The notes under the pieces were generated by a model. That model saw only the letters and a program-made list of their open reading frames with translations, made no database searches and had not been told where the DNA came from. A stretch of DNA of 59,198 nt, the filler included, from Sphacelaria rigidula (lineage: Eukaryota), in the NCBI GenBank assembly GCA_964200075.2. It is 9 parts of 9 records of this genome, joined end to end, with 100 filler letters (N's around TTAATTAATTAA, not from the genome) between each part and the next. Parts side by side here need not be neighbours in the genome. Positions count along the whole stretch, not along the records: positions 46,123 to 52,610 come from CAXNAA020019783.1; positions 52,711 to 59,198 come from CAXNAA020019784.1; 7 more parts are not named here. The stretch is one strand, 5' to 3'. This document shows positions 47,843-59,198 of this stretch, piece by piece. How positions within the stretch are numbered: the first letter of the stretch is position 1; each line of letters starts with the position of its first letter. Made by a program: the position numbers and the translations under genes.

Positions 47843-50800
47843 AAAGTATCTGCTTCGACAGGCTTCGAAACCCACGAGATATACGTCGGAACGAGAAGCT
47901 TGATGCTTGATTTATCGTTGCAGACGGCACGCGGTGCGCCCCCAATTGTGCAAATGCGTTCTTGTACTCGGGACGCTAGAAACGGCCGGTGCTTTTTCGG
48001 ACGCTACGAGAAATTAAAAAAAATAATCCGTCCTAGTTTGCACATGGTGTTCGGCCCTCGATTCGAAATTGCTCAGTGGAAACAAAAATTGGACCCGGCC
48101 GTTTCCAAGAGGTTTGGGTGGACACAGAGCACCAAGAAGCTCTCCAGAACTCGAAGCACGTGCTTGAAAGTCCATGATCGAAAATAGACAGCTTCGCTCA
48201 GGACACATGAAGAATTGTACTGGGCTTAGGATTGTGGGATTGGTCTTCAGAACTGTTTTGAAACTAAACTATAAAACTAGCGGTTATCCGTTGGTGTAAG
48301 GAAGGAGTGTGAAAGTGGGTTTCATGTGAGCTCTTTTGTGATGAGGTTTGCACAGCAAACAGAGCGCACCCGCTCGCATGTCGATGTGACCGTAAGACGA
48401 TGTCATCCGCTCGACTGTCGAATACTTTTGTGAACCGCAGCGTGTTACCCTGCCTTCGGTGTTGTGCTTGTGAGCCACACAGTGAACGTTGCGTCCTGTG
48501 AGAATCGCAACCTGCAGCCAGCACAACGGACTGCAGTACAGCAATTTCAGTACACATTGCAGTACACACAGTACCGTACCGACATGCAGTCAGTCGGATT
48601 AATGTCCGTCTCGTTTCAGATAAATTTTGATTCGGTTGATTTTTTCTATTGTCGCACTCCACCTAATCCCCCAGGGATCCAGCCGTGGTCACATGGTGGA
48701 CGTAGCCGAGACGAAACAATACTGAAATACTCGCCCAAGAACAAAATAATGAGACAATGAGGTACAACACACCAGCAGAGTAGACGAAGAATGTAAAAAA
48801 TGCAACAGAAGAAAAAAAGTAAGAGGAAATGGTCGGCGTCTGCCATATGGCTCCGGTCTCTGGTACGGCTGATATGCGGAGTACGTGAGCATTTACCTTG
48901 TATTTATGATCAGATTGGAGGGAGATTTGAATGGGTCGAGGCTGCAAAATTGGAGCACAGGACTTTTGTATCCAAACCGGTAGCAGCTTGAAGGTGCCTC
49001 AAGGCCTTCACCCCTGATACATACCCTCGTGTGACCGATGCGCCATTGTGCTACCGCGAGTTGAAATTGTTGCTCACAGGGTAGTATCAGCGGAGATTGA
49101 TCCGTCGATGCAAGGACGATGATGGCGATTTTTTCCCCTACTTACAGTACACAGTGCAGTAATAGCTGCTCAGTTTCATCTCTGTTGTGGTGTGCGGTGC
49201 TGTGGTGGTGTGACGACGGAGGAAAATGAGTCCTGAAGCCGATGGCGTGGGGAAAGTAAGAAATGATTATTCGCCGCACGAACCTTGCGTTCCCCCTTCC
49301 CCCGTCGTGTCATCAAGCTACCTCCGTCCTGTGTGTCAGACCTCCATACAACTTTGCGGTCCCGCCTCTTTACCCCAACATGCTCCACGATAAAGTTGTC
49401 CACGCGAATGACTTCAGTTCTCGCGCCAAATGCTCATTTGAAGCCTTCCGTGGTGCCGATCGATCATTGAATATGGCATTTGCTTGCCGCAAAACTTTTG
49501 ACGAAAAAAAACTTGAAAGTTTCGCTTGGTACGCATAACGGTGGTGCTCACCGCGCTAAGGTAATACTCCCCGAACAAAGTGGATCAGGCTCAATCTCGA
49601 CCGATTGGAGATAAAGATGGGCATGCACAATTGGGTACAATGTCGAAGCTGAGAGAACTGAAAAAAAAAAAAACGCACGGCATGTTTGCAGAAGATGAAA
49701 ACATATATATCCCAATCGCCGGACGATACGAATCTACAGGGGGCAGCGGAGTGCACATTCGAGGTGGGCGAAGGCCCCACACTCACGGTTCTGCTTGATG
49801 AACGTCTCTACAAGAAAGTGAAGGCCGCGGCGGCGGAAGCAGCGGAAGTCGCCCGTAGTAATCCAAGTACTGGTCCGTCCCACCCGCAACAACATCGTGA
49901 ACCGAAACAACGAGGTGCCGGTTCATCGTGTGGTGCGGACGACGGTAGCGTGGTGGGTTCACGCGACCGCGCTGGCACTGCAAGTACCATAACGACCTCC
50001 ATTAGCGAATGTGAGGGAGATAGGCGCGTGGAGAGGAGGGCGTACGGAGATGTCATCGGCCCGCTGTATAATCGCCGTTGCCATTCGCTTTTGGAACAAT
50101 TTGTCAAGACTCAGATGTTGTCCCACTATCTGTCAGAGGGTGTTTGGCGGAACTAGGATGATGCTTGCATGCATTTGGTTGGGTTTTATCCATGGCGGTC
50201 TCAATTGTTTGGTGTTGGCGGTGGGCATTCGTTCGAGAGTTGAGCTCCGACTTTTCCATTTTTTGTTTTTGTTTTGTTTATTTTCTAGTTTTCCGACGTC
50301 GTGGTGTTTACTTGTGGGGGTATATTTCTGGTGTATTTTTGTTGCATTCATTTTCGCCAGGTTCACGCTGTGTTTCCGTTCAAGTTGTTTGCAACATGGC
50401 GGCTATTTGTGTGTTGCATTTTGATTTTATAAAAATTTCATCTCTGTGACGTTATCCGCTTGTCCTTCTTTTTCGGTCCGTGGTCGAATTGTGTGCAGTG
50501 TTGTACTGTCTTACAGATGTTGGTGAAATATCGGTGCGATCACGTAAATATGAGGGTTGTGATGGGCAGGACGACAGCGCACGATGCGATGAAATTTGAA
50601 GTCACTGTACGTTATTTGTTGATCAGTTTTGATAGTATAGGAAGTCTGAAAGTGATGGGGAGTGCCCAAGTGGTCCGATGGGTTATGGCTGCTGTGGTAT
50701 TCTTAATCATGTCATGTGGTGTTTTGTATCAAGCACTGCTCTGTTAGATCAGTTTCAGTCATATATTTGGCGAGCAGGTAGGTGGAAGGATCTTGGTTCC

Positions 50801-52610
50801 CATGCTTCTTCGGTTAGCGTTTTCTCCACTCCATTCGCCCCAAGAAGTCAATGGGGGATGAAAATTCACAACAGTTATCCCTTCTTTATTTTTTACGCAT
50901 ACCTAACGAAGGCGTGCGTGTCTGGCCGTACAAAACGGTGTGTGCTGCACCGCAAGCGTCTGGCGAAAAGCCAGCGACAACAAAATTCGCATTTCTACTT
51001 TTTTTTTTCTTCACCGTGGTGATTTCAGCGCTTGGGATTGGTAGGAATATTGGTTCTCCCGTTGACCATCTAGTGAGTAAGGACGTGATGATACATACAT
51101 ACAGTACGTTACCCGTATTCACCGAGTCATGATATTGATTACATCTACATGTAAATTGTTGTTGACGTCTGAACCATGATCCAAGTGCCCTCGGATTACT
51201 GTCTTAACACACGCGGTTATTCGAGGGTCGTCCACCAGGGTGATGTGCTTCAGTATTTCCATGGCTCGGAGTCATGACACACACATGGCCGTGCGTGGGA
51301 GGGCGAGAAGTTTGTTGTGGGGAGCCCAGGGCCGTTTTTTTGTCCGTTGAGAAATAGCGGTGCCGAGTTTTTTGTCGAAATTTTATTATCCGGTCGCTAT
51401 CGGAGAGGTGGTTTTAGGACAAGCATCATCCAAGGGGAGACCGCGACACCTCGAATGTATGAATAGATGACACCAACTAATATGATGCTGGATTTGAGAA
51501 AAATACGTTGAAAGAAAATTCGTCGAAGATTTGGTGAACAGCAGATCAGCTACTTTCACAGGAGGTCAAGCGAATGTTTTCCACGAATTTTCGGTAAGCT
51601 GCAGCTCACGGTGTAGGGCGGTGGCCGTGGGCTGAGTGCGGGGGCCGTATTTGCGTATACCCTTTAGGTGCTTGATTTGTCGATGGTAGCAAGATATGCA
51701 TGGGTGCACGGAAGCGGTACAAACGAATGAGCGCTAAGAGTGAGAAAAATAACTGCTATGGGTATGTATGTATTCTCCGACAGGGAAGTTCTACGCTTTT
51801 TTTTTCACCTCATTGTTCCCGTTGTCTTTCCCGTTGTCTTGCTGGTTATCCGCATGATACCTTTGCGTAGGTCTTCTTGACTTTTCCCCCCAACGTACTT
51901 GTGATGAAGTCGTGCGTGGATCGCCCCTCACGATTCATTGATAGTCTACATCGACGGGTGGCACACGAGATTTTTTTTCCACAACAACTATGGGTAGTTA
52001 CTCATCGTCTGTCCGCACAGCAGTTCATTTGCATCACCGTATGCCAGTGCACCACGTCGCGTGTCGAGTTTCGCCGTCGACTCCTCCTGCAGTGCAGATC
52101 CCAGCTAGGCTCTGCGTGTGTGGCTTGTGCATGACTGCACAACTCACGCCCTATACTCTCAATACTGCTCCAAGTATTCGCCATGAAGACCCTGGGTCAA
52201 GCTCACAAGTAGTCCTCCATCTGCCGAGTTACCTGAAAAATTCAAAACATTCACTCGTATAAAGCGTGATGAAAACTCAGAGCAGGCATGAAGATATTTC
52301 ACGACAAACTCAAGTAATATAGACCCTAGTGGTCAGTAGACGAGGCACACGACACGGAATATGATCCCATAATTGTAACTATGGTAAGCGATGAGCTCGG
52401 AGGGGCGGTGTGTCCGTCGCCTCAGCGGTCTCCATGCCAAGGATCTCTGTACACGGCAGCTGACCGCACCCGCCAACGCCTCGACAAAAAACTAGGGGAC
52501 AGCGGGCTGGGTGTCCCCCCTCCATACCCATGCCGGGTGACGCACCCATCAGGCAGTGTAAAAGCCGTGGCTGTCTCTGGAAGTGGCGATACAAAAAAAT
52601 AAAGCAACTC

Positions 52611-52710
52611 NNNNNNNNNNNNNNNNNNNNNNNNNNNNNNNNNNNNNNNNNNNNTTAATTAATTAANNNNNNNNNNNNNNNNNNNNNNNNNNNNNNNNNN
52701 NNNNNNNNNN
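52611..52710. other. Artificial contig linker
   Basis: N44-TTAATTAATTAA-N44. Confidence 0.99.
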
Positions 52711-52900
52711 TTTTATCCTTTCCCATTCTTTGCTCGCTCCCTGTTTTAGCGTGACTCGGAGGTGTTCTCCCTCCCTTTCTACTTTTCCTGTTGCCAAACA
52801 GTACAACCCCACTTCATCACATTTCTTTTCAAACTCCATTTTCGTCATGCCACCACGTACTCCGAAAACCAGCACTACTAGTACCTTACCCGACCACTCT
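52711..52900 (-). mobile_element. Probable retrotransposon ORF1-like fragment, cut by the contig end
   Basis: Open, protein-like frame KVLVVLVFGVRGGMTKMEFEKKCDEVGL...LRVTLK with an RRM-like hydrophobic pattern; the family assignment is inference. Confidence 0.35.
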
Positions 52901-53221
52901 TTACTCCGCCACCCGCCTTTGGGGGAGGGGTGAGGGGGGGGGGTGGTTGAGCGGGGCATTTGAGGAGCGACATGGAATTTGGTTGCATGCGGCAGTCTGC
53001 TACCACACCGTCCGCGCAGCAAAACCCAACGTTGCCGCAGACTTCGGGCGCCCCCTTACAATGGAGTGCCTGTGCCTCCATACCGACGCCCCCCTGGCGT
53101 TTCGGTACGCTGCATCACCAACGGCAGCAGTACGGTTTTTGAGCACATGACCCTATATTCCATAACCGGCTGAGCTTTGGCCTGTTTCCGTACAAAGTAC
53201 GACGAAAAAGAATGAACCGTT

Positions 53222-53260
53222 CAACAGTAGCCTACAACAGTAGCCTACAACAGTAGCCTA
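53222..53260 (+). repeat. 13-bp minisatellite (CAACAGTAGCCTA)x3
   Basis: Visible tandem repeat. Confidence 0.95.
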
Positions 53261-54926
53261 CGAAGTGTCGCACCCTGGTCAGAAAGGAGGATGCAACCGC
53301 GTAGGGCGCATGATAGGCCAGACCACCCCCCGATGATCATGTCCTCAACCTGGGTTTCGTCGATAGAGGAAGGCTGTGTACCGGCAACGGCCACGTGCTA
53401 GCAGCAGATCTATATTTTATTTTCACGACGACTACTATTCGATGTATCACTTGCACCGGTATAGAAGATCCGAGGAACTCCAATTCTGCGTGATCCCCCT
53501 CCAATGCACTGCTGTGGAACTCGCTAGTGTTGAGTTACCTCGTAAAACTCCCCCTTGGTCTCGCTGTTGTCGTATTGCACACACAGAAACCCGTCCAAGG
53601 CTTCTTGAGCAGCACCGCCCCCAGAAAGAGGAAAACTCGGGTTTATGACGTCCAAGGAGTCTGTTAAATTGGACGTGCATGGCAGAAGTTAAGTGTAGAC
53701 CGACAAAGTATTTCGGTAACGATTTACAGTGGCTGGGACACACAGCGAATGGCAGGGAGAAGCAGGTCAACCGAAGAATCGTGCAGGGTATCGTCTGGCG
53801 ACAGGAGTATTAGTTCTAGCTCTTTGCCGTGTACCGTCCCGTATCTAGGGATTATCTTGTCATGCGAGACGCTCACGCCTTTTACCTTGTGAATTTCCGA
53901 GCCTTTAGGTGCATCAATTTTGTGCAACCTATATTTCACCTAGCTGTGTAAATGTACCCATTTCATCCGACAGCTTACGTACGTTTTGTAAATTGATAAG
54001 TCGATTTGTTGTTGATTGATTACCGCGCATGTACTGAGCCCAAAGGGACACAGCTATGGTCACAAGAGAGATGTATCTAAGGTAAGAAAACGGTAACACC
54101 TACTGACGGGAGAAGACAAACCACAAAACAAGGATATTGTAGAGGCAATTACTTCTAGCTAATCATCGATTTTTTCTTCTTTGTTAGAACCCTACTTGTT
54201 TTTCCGGCTGGATCCCACAATATTGCACAAAGCTGGGAAGTCCCCCAGATGTGAGCGCGGTGTAAGATACGACTTCGTCTGAAAACTCCGATTCGTCCAT
54301 ATTTCAAGTTTCTGGTGCTGAAGGGAGAAGATGAAAAAGGACAAATTCGACCAACTTTTAGTCAATATTTCTCACTCAGCGCCCATTATAACTGAACTGA
54401 CGGTGCATTTTACTAGCGCCCAAGATCTCAGCCTTCGGCCGATCCCTTCGACAAAAAGTGAGTCCTCGTGAGGCTTGCGGGTCATTGCGCAGAGGTTCAT
54501 CCCTTGGCCAAAATTCCGAAACGTGTTACTCGTACAAATTCACAGCAACCACCTCATTATCATTAATCGCCAATGTCAATCCACCATCGAGATTCACATC
54601 TTTTCCCTGGGGAAACATTAAACATTTGGGCTTTCATTATGGCTGCATGATTTGGGAATCATTCTGGCGTATACTTAGTGACTCACAAATTCTTCAAAGG
54701 TAACCATTTCCGTCAATAAATCACCCATCTCCCCGGATGGGTGCGACTATGGGTCCATGTGGGAAAAATCTTCCATGTATCTGAATAATGACCTTTTACG
54801 GCCTGAAACACGTCTCCATGAGCGTTCCTCCCCATCGATTCTACCAACAACCAGGAACATGAGAGATGATAGGAGGTTGAACATAGTACGCATCACTTAT
54901 ACTTATGAGATAGAGGTATAGTGTAC

Positions 54927-55092
54927 CTGTGGAGTAGCATCGGTTCGTGACCTCGTCCGCTGGACCCTCGTCAAGGCAGGCACCTAGCTCGGCAAAGCGT
55001 GAAAGCTCAATCTCCGAGCACTCAGCGTCACAGCAGCAATTCGCGTCACACTTCCCCGCCGTCAGATCGCACACGCACGTGCAGTCAAATAT
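54927..55092 (-). CDS. TCTN: Tectonic family (ciliary transition zone) exon with the N-terminal Cys-rich motif
   Basis: cag|ATA...CAG|gtac; IFDCTCVCDLTAGKCDANCCCDAEC matches the tectonic signature C.CDLT...CD.NCCCD.DC. Confidence 0.9.
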
Positions 55093-55252
55093 CTGCAGCA
55101 GGAACACACGCACATGTATATTGAGGCGCGGTGCGCAGTGGCCTCGGCAACTTTGGTTCAGCAGTTAGTTGATCCCTGGGGGGGGTGGGATGGAGAAGCA
55201 CTTGATGCTGACGCTACGATACCGCACTGTATACCACCGAAGATACGAGCTA

Positions 55253-56814
55253 GGCCGGCCTAAATGCGGATTCAAGCCCTCAAAGCAATATATCATCGAC
55301 ACAGACGAGTTGGGCCGTGATCCGCATATCTTATTTATAGTTTAATCAAGAGGAAGGTGCCCATGTGCTCGAACGTTTAGGCCATTTTTTTTTCGTTGAT
55401 CAAACATCATGTCTAGGAATTCCTATACCGTACGGAGATAGCGTCCACACTCAAGTCTATATAAGACCCCGAACGATTTATACAGCCAACGGATGATGAT
55501 CATTTTTGGTGTTGACACTCCCTGGAGCACGGGGAAACAATCGATACCCTCACTTTTGCCCAATTCGTTATCTATCTCGAGATATAGCGCATATAAGTTT
55601 TTATACTGAAATCAATATATTTCGAGCAGAGGTACTAAATGCACTAAATCTGGATATTGCGTCGAAGTTTTTGAGAGTTGCGCTTTGAAATCTCGTAGAA
55701 TGGAGAATCGCTGATGCACGATAAAGAAAAAAAAACAGTTTTTTTTTTTTTTAAATCGTTTTTTTTTCGTTTTCTTAGGGAAGTTTGAAGAGAAAAATGA
55801 CAATGCTCTCGGACCTCATTCCAATTTTTTAGCCCAATCTTTAGAATTGGGATTTGAAACTCATCGAGGAGAATCGCAAAGGCCTGCCGAAAAGTACGAG
55901 GAACAGGCCTCCATATATTTTTTTCAGAGGTGTGGGCGTTCTCGTGAAAATACACATGGTCTTTACTATAATACTCGAATGTCATAAACAATAAAATTAA
56001 CATTCCCACTTTTTTTTGTTCCCGTTATGGCCTAGCGAGGTTCCACACAAAGATTCAAAACACAAGAACCAAACCTATGGGCAGATGAATCGCACGAAAA
56101 TATTGTTCATAATATCGCCCGGCTCGATTTCTGAATGGCCCCCGTCTCACCTCAATTTTGCGCGTTGGACTTTGAAATTTGGTACGGGGGAAGAATATTA
56201 TGACAGTTTAAAACCTGTCGATCGCGACAAGAAGAGTTTTCTTTTTCGGGGGTTACCGGTATTTTCCTGATTTCTAGGTACTGATTATTGCCATTAAGGG
56301 CGATCCTTATAATAGACAAAAACAAGAAAATCTGGAAAAGTCATTTTCGGAGCTTTTACATCGTTTCACGCCCTAAAAGAGAGCTAGGCGGAGTTTGACA
56401 CCTCGGAATGACTTGCTCTACTAGTTGAGACGGTTCCAGGACATCTTCCCGTTCTCCGGTGGCCGCGGTTTTGATTTTGGTCAAACATGGATTTTTTGTC
56501 TAATAACGATCAAGTCTAGAGAAAAACGGTGTCAAACTCCGCCTACATGTAGCTCTCTTTTAGGGCGTGAGACGACGGCGTAAAAATTCAAAACAGGTAC
56601 TACTACTGTACTTTTTCTCCAGAATTTTATTTTTGATTGTTATAAAGAGTGACCTGAATCACGAAAACAAAAACAATAAAACTCTCCGTCCCGATCGACA
56701 GCTTTCAGCATGCCCTATTCTTCCTCCGCACCAAATTTCAAAGTTAGTTCAAGTCGCAAAATTGAGGTGCGGCGGGGTCTGCAAAACACAAATAAATTCG
56801 CGTCTAGGCCGGCC
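55253..56814. mobile_element. AT-rich ~1.56-kb non-autonomous DNA transposon inside the tectonic intron
   Basis: Terminal inverted GGCCGGCCTA(A/G)A(T/C)GCG(G/A)ATT; internal inverted repeat ~56361-56402 / ~56528-56575; no convincing TSD. Confidence 0.6.
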
Positions 56815-56974
56815 CGGCTCGCGGATGTCTTGTACACACCTTCGTGGCTGAATCTATCTGTTTGCCGTGAATCATTGCAATTAGGGAGGGGGCTGTTTTC
56901 CTGCGATACACTACGAAGGAGCCTTGACACCACCTCTCTCGGCCGCAGCAGGTCGACTTCTCCTCCTGATGTCA

Positions 56975-57330
56975 CACACGCAGCCATTGTTTGGCTACCC
57001 CCAAAATTCCTCCAGGTGGGTCAACTTCTCGAGCCTCCAGAGGAATTGAACGCCTCCGGAGGGGTGCGCGGCCTTCCAGAGGATATTTTTTTGTTTCCTC
57101 CAGAGGGATTAAACGCCTCCGGAGGCTTGTTTCTGCCTCTGGAGGGTCGTGCATGTCTCCGAAGGCATTTTGCTACCCCCAAATTTCTCCAGAGGGGTGC
57201 CGAGTCCTCCAGGTCGGTAGAGTTTGGTTTCTTCCAAAGGGATTGAAGGTCAGCGGAGGCTTGCTTTGCCTCTGGAGGGCTACGCATCCCTCCGGAGGCA
57301 TTTTGGGGGGTAGCCAAATGGCCGCGTGTG
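56975..57330. mobile_element. Second copy of the CACTA-like MITE
   Basis: CACACGCAGCCATTGTTTGGCTAC...GTAGCCAAATGGCCGCGTGTG, 2-bp TSD CA/CA. Confidence 0.9.
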
Positions 57331-57593
57331 CAGCACTCGTCTCCTCCATCATACCACAGATCTGACCCGCCCTCTCGTACAACAACAGTGTACAGGTAAC
57401 ACCACATATAACCTCGTTATGCGTGTAGGAACACATCAACCTGATACGTGATGATGCCTGTTTTTTTGTCGTCACCCCCGCTCGCTACTCGCACATGCAA
57501 AACGCCTGGTCAGCGCAGCATGAATCCCAACGCGATATCAAGGGTCACATATCTGGTCTCATCTCTGCCTACTGATCATGCCAATGCGTGTAC

Positions 57594-57902
57594 CATTGCA
57601 GCATAATCCTCTCCCGTACTTGATAGCGAAAGGACCGGAATCCCCAATCCACATACCGTGCACTCGGAAAGGGCGACGTCGGTGGCCTCGCACGTGCACC
57701 CCTGCGGTGGCTGATAGGCCCACGCGTATGTCTCACTAACCAGCGTCGCCACATCCCACCCGCTCGAGTCGCAAGCGAAGTGCCCAGCCACCCCAAAGAA
57801 CAATTTAAAGAGCAACACGAGCAGTAGGAACAGTGAGCGCTCGCGTGGTGCTAGTGACAGCAGATTGTGGGCACAGTCCACAACCTGTACCAAACGATGC
57901 AT
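57594..57902 (-). CDS. TCTN: Probable first coding exon of the tectonic gene (hydrophobic signal-like segment)
   Basis: Open frame with SLFLLLVLLFKLFFGVAG and Cys residues; ends ATG|gtacac in phase 0, compatible with exon 54927-55092; the exact start is uncertain. Confidence 0.6.
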
Positions 57903-59198
57903 CCCCCCGGCCGTCGCGGTTAGCTGTATACCTCAGTGCTCGTTGTTTTGTCGTTGTACACGTCCTCACTAATGAGAAGGAGAGCGTCGTTATACCGCAT
58001 ACAGGTAACCGTGAAAGTAGCCTTGAAGATCTGAAAGTGCCGTATACGCAGCACGTGCTCTAAGCAGGGCGTGCTGTACGCAGCACGTGAGCAAGGAGGA
58101 AATGAGGATGTGACCAAGATCGTATCTAGTCGACATGGTTCCAGGATTTAGGGCTACTACTACTGTCAAATTTTGAAATTTTGAAAATCCGACCAATCGA
58201 GGAACAATGCCAGGAGACAATGTACGTCCGGTTGCCTTGTCAGTCGTAAAGCATGCACGATACTGGTGCGAAGCACAGAGCTATACTATACAGAATCACT
58301 CGCCAGACACATATATTTTCCAGCTTTCTTTGCTCGGCGTGCGTTTGTACAGTAGACAATCTAGTGAGAGTATAGGCGTGCGGTGTCATCCGAAACAAGG
58401 CATAAGAACGAAATCCGCTGCCACAGTTCGTTCATGTTGTGTTGTTAGTTGCGGTGTAGTGCGATGTGTACCATGTGGCATCGGCAGAGCGTAAATTCGA
58501 GATTCGGATGCTGCATCTCTCTTCAACAGGGATGATAGTGTGAAGATGCTCGCCAAACGATTGTGCCTTGTTCAGGAAGCGAACAGTTTACCCAAGGGGC
58601 TCCACATCGGGAAATCAAGGCACCAGGGTCACCCCTTCCCCCCCCCACCCCCCTCTCCCCCTCCCCCTTCCCCCCAAGGGCTTGAGAATGAGGAAATGGC
58701 CACATCAGCTGTGCAAAATCCTTATTCTTCTCGTTTCTCAACAAATAATGTATACGGAATTAAACGATCAATCGCATCACCTTAGATCTTCCTCGACATG
58801 AGCAGCCCAAAACCGAGGAGTTTTGGTGGGTCAGTCGTTCTTGTGGCTAGGCAGCAAATTTGCCGGCTGGATAATGACTTGGGGTCGCGATGATCGCTGG
58901 ATAATGAGTATTGAGTGCGTTATCTTCGGCGAGACCGGCGGTCACCGACTTGGACTTCCGCCAAGCTGCTGCAGTGGTACTGCCGTCATGCTGAGGAGAG
59001 GAGTATACGACGAGTAATTCTGTGCTGCTACCGAATGACATGCAATATCTCCTGCAATATACATGCTGTGCTCGTGATATGACCTGACTTCGGAATTACC
59101 AACCGGAATGGAAATCTTATGTTGTACTGTATATTGTGGCTCAGTTGTTTTTTTTTTGTCCCCAGAGGACAGGAAGGAACCTTAAACCATGCACTTCG

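Noticed and set aside
49686..50156. 156-aa ORF as a real gene
   Set aside because: No recognisable domain or clear splice structure, and the surrounding frames are broken; it may be a degenerate TE accessory sequence
6534..52666. Regularly spaced TTAATTAATTAA motif as a biological signal
   Set aside because: It is always centred in N runs and is a synthetic six-frame stop linker

Overview
This is eukaryotic, repeat-rich DNA and not one contiguous locus. It consists of nine separate contigs of 6489/6488 bp joined by eight artificial 100-bp linkers (N44-TTAATTAATTAA-N44), i.e. a size-sorted unplaced-contig pseudomolecule. The source is probably a brown alga or related stramenopile (inference from spliceosomal introns, a ciliary tectonic gene and the repeat style). 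Almost all ORFs in the six-frame track are spurious. Host-gene exons that can be supported are a TFIIS central-domain exon (11444-11573 +), two mitochondrial-intermediate-peptidase-like M3 exons (30702-30821 and 31928-32025 +), and two tectonic exons (57594-57902 and 54927-55092 -). The rest is mostly mobile DNA: an intron-rich Mutator (MULE) transposase pseudogene whose DDE and SWIM motifs can be reconstructed (40882-45453 -), CACTA-type and hAT MITEs with target-site duplications, tRNA-derived SINE heads, LINE fragments and tails, foldback elements and satellites. The most unusual observations are (1) a CRISPR-looking tandem array of ~98-bp TTAA-flanked piggyBac-like mini-elements with solo copies elsewhere, (2) a degenerate multi-exon gene with a SET-domain exon and possible Ulp1/CxC exons, and (3) a TGTGACCACGG...TGTG motif shared by the 3' ends of several unrelated retroposon families.
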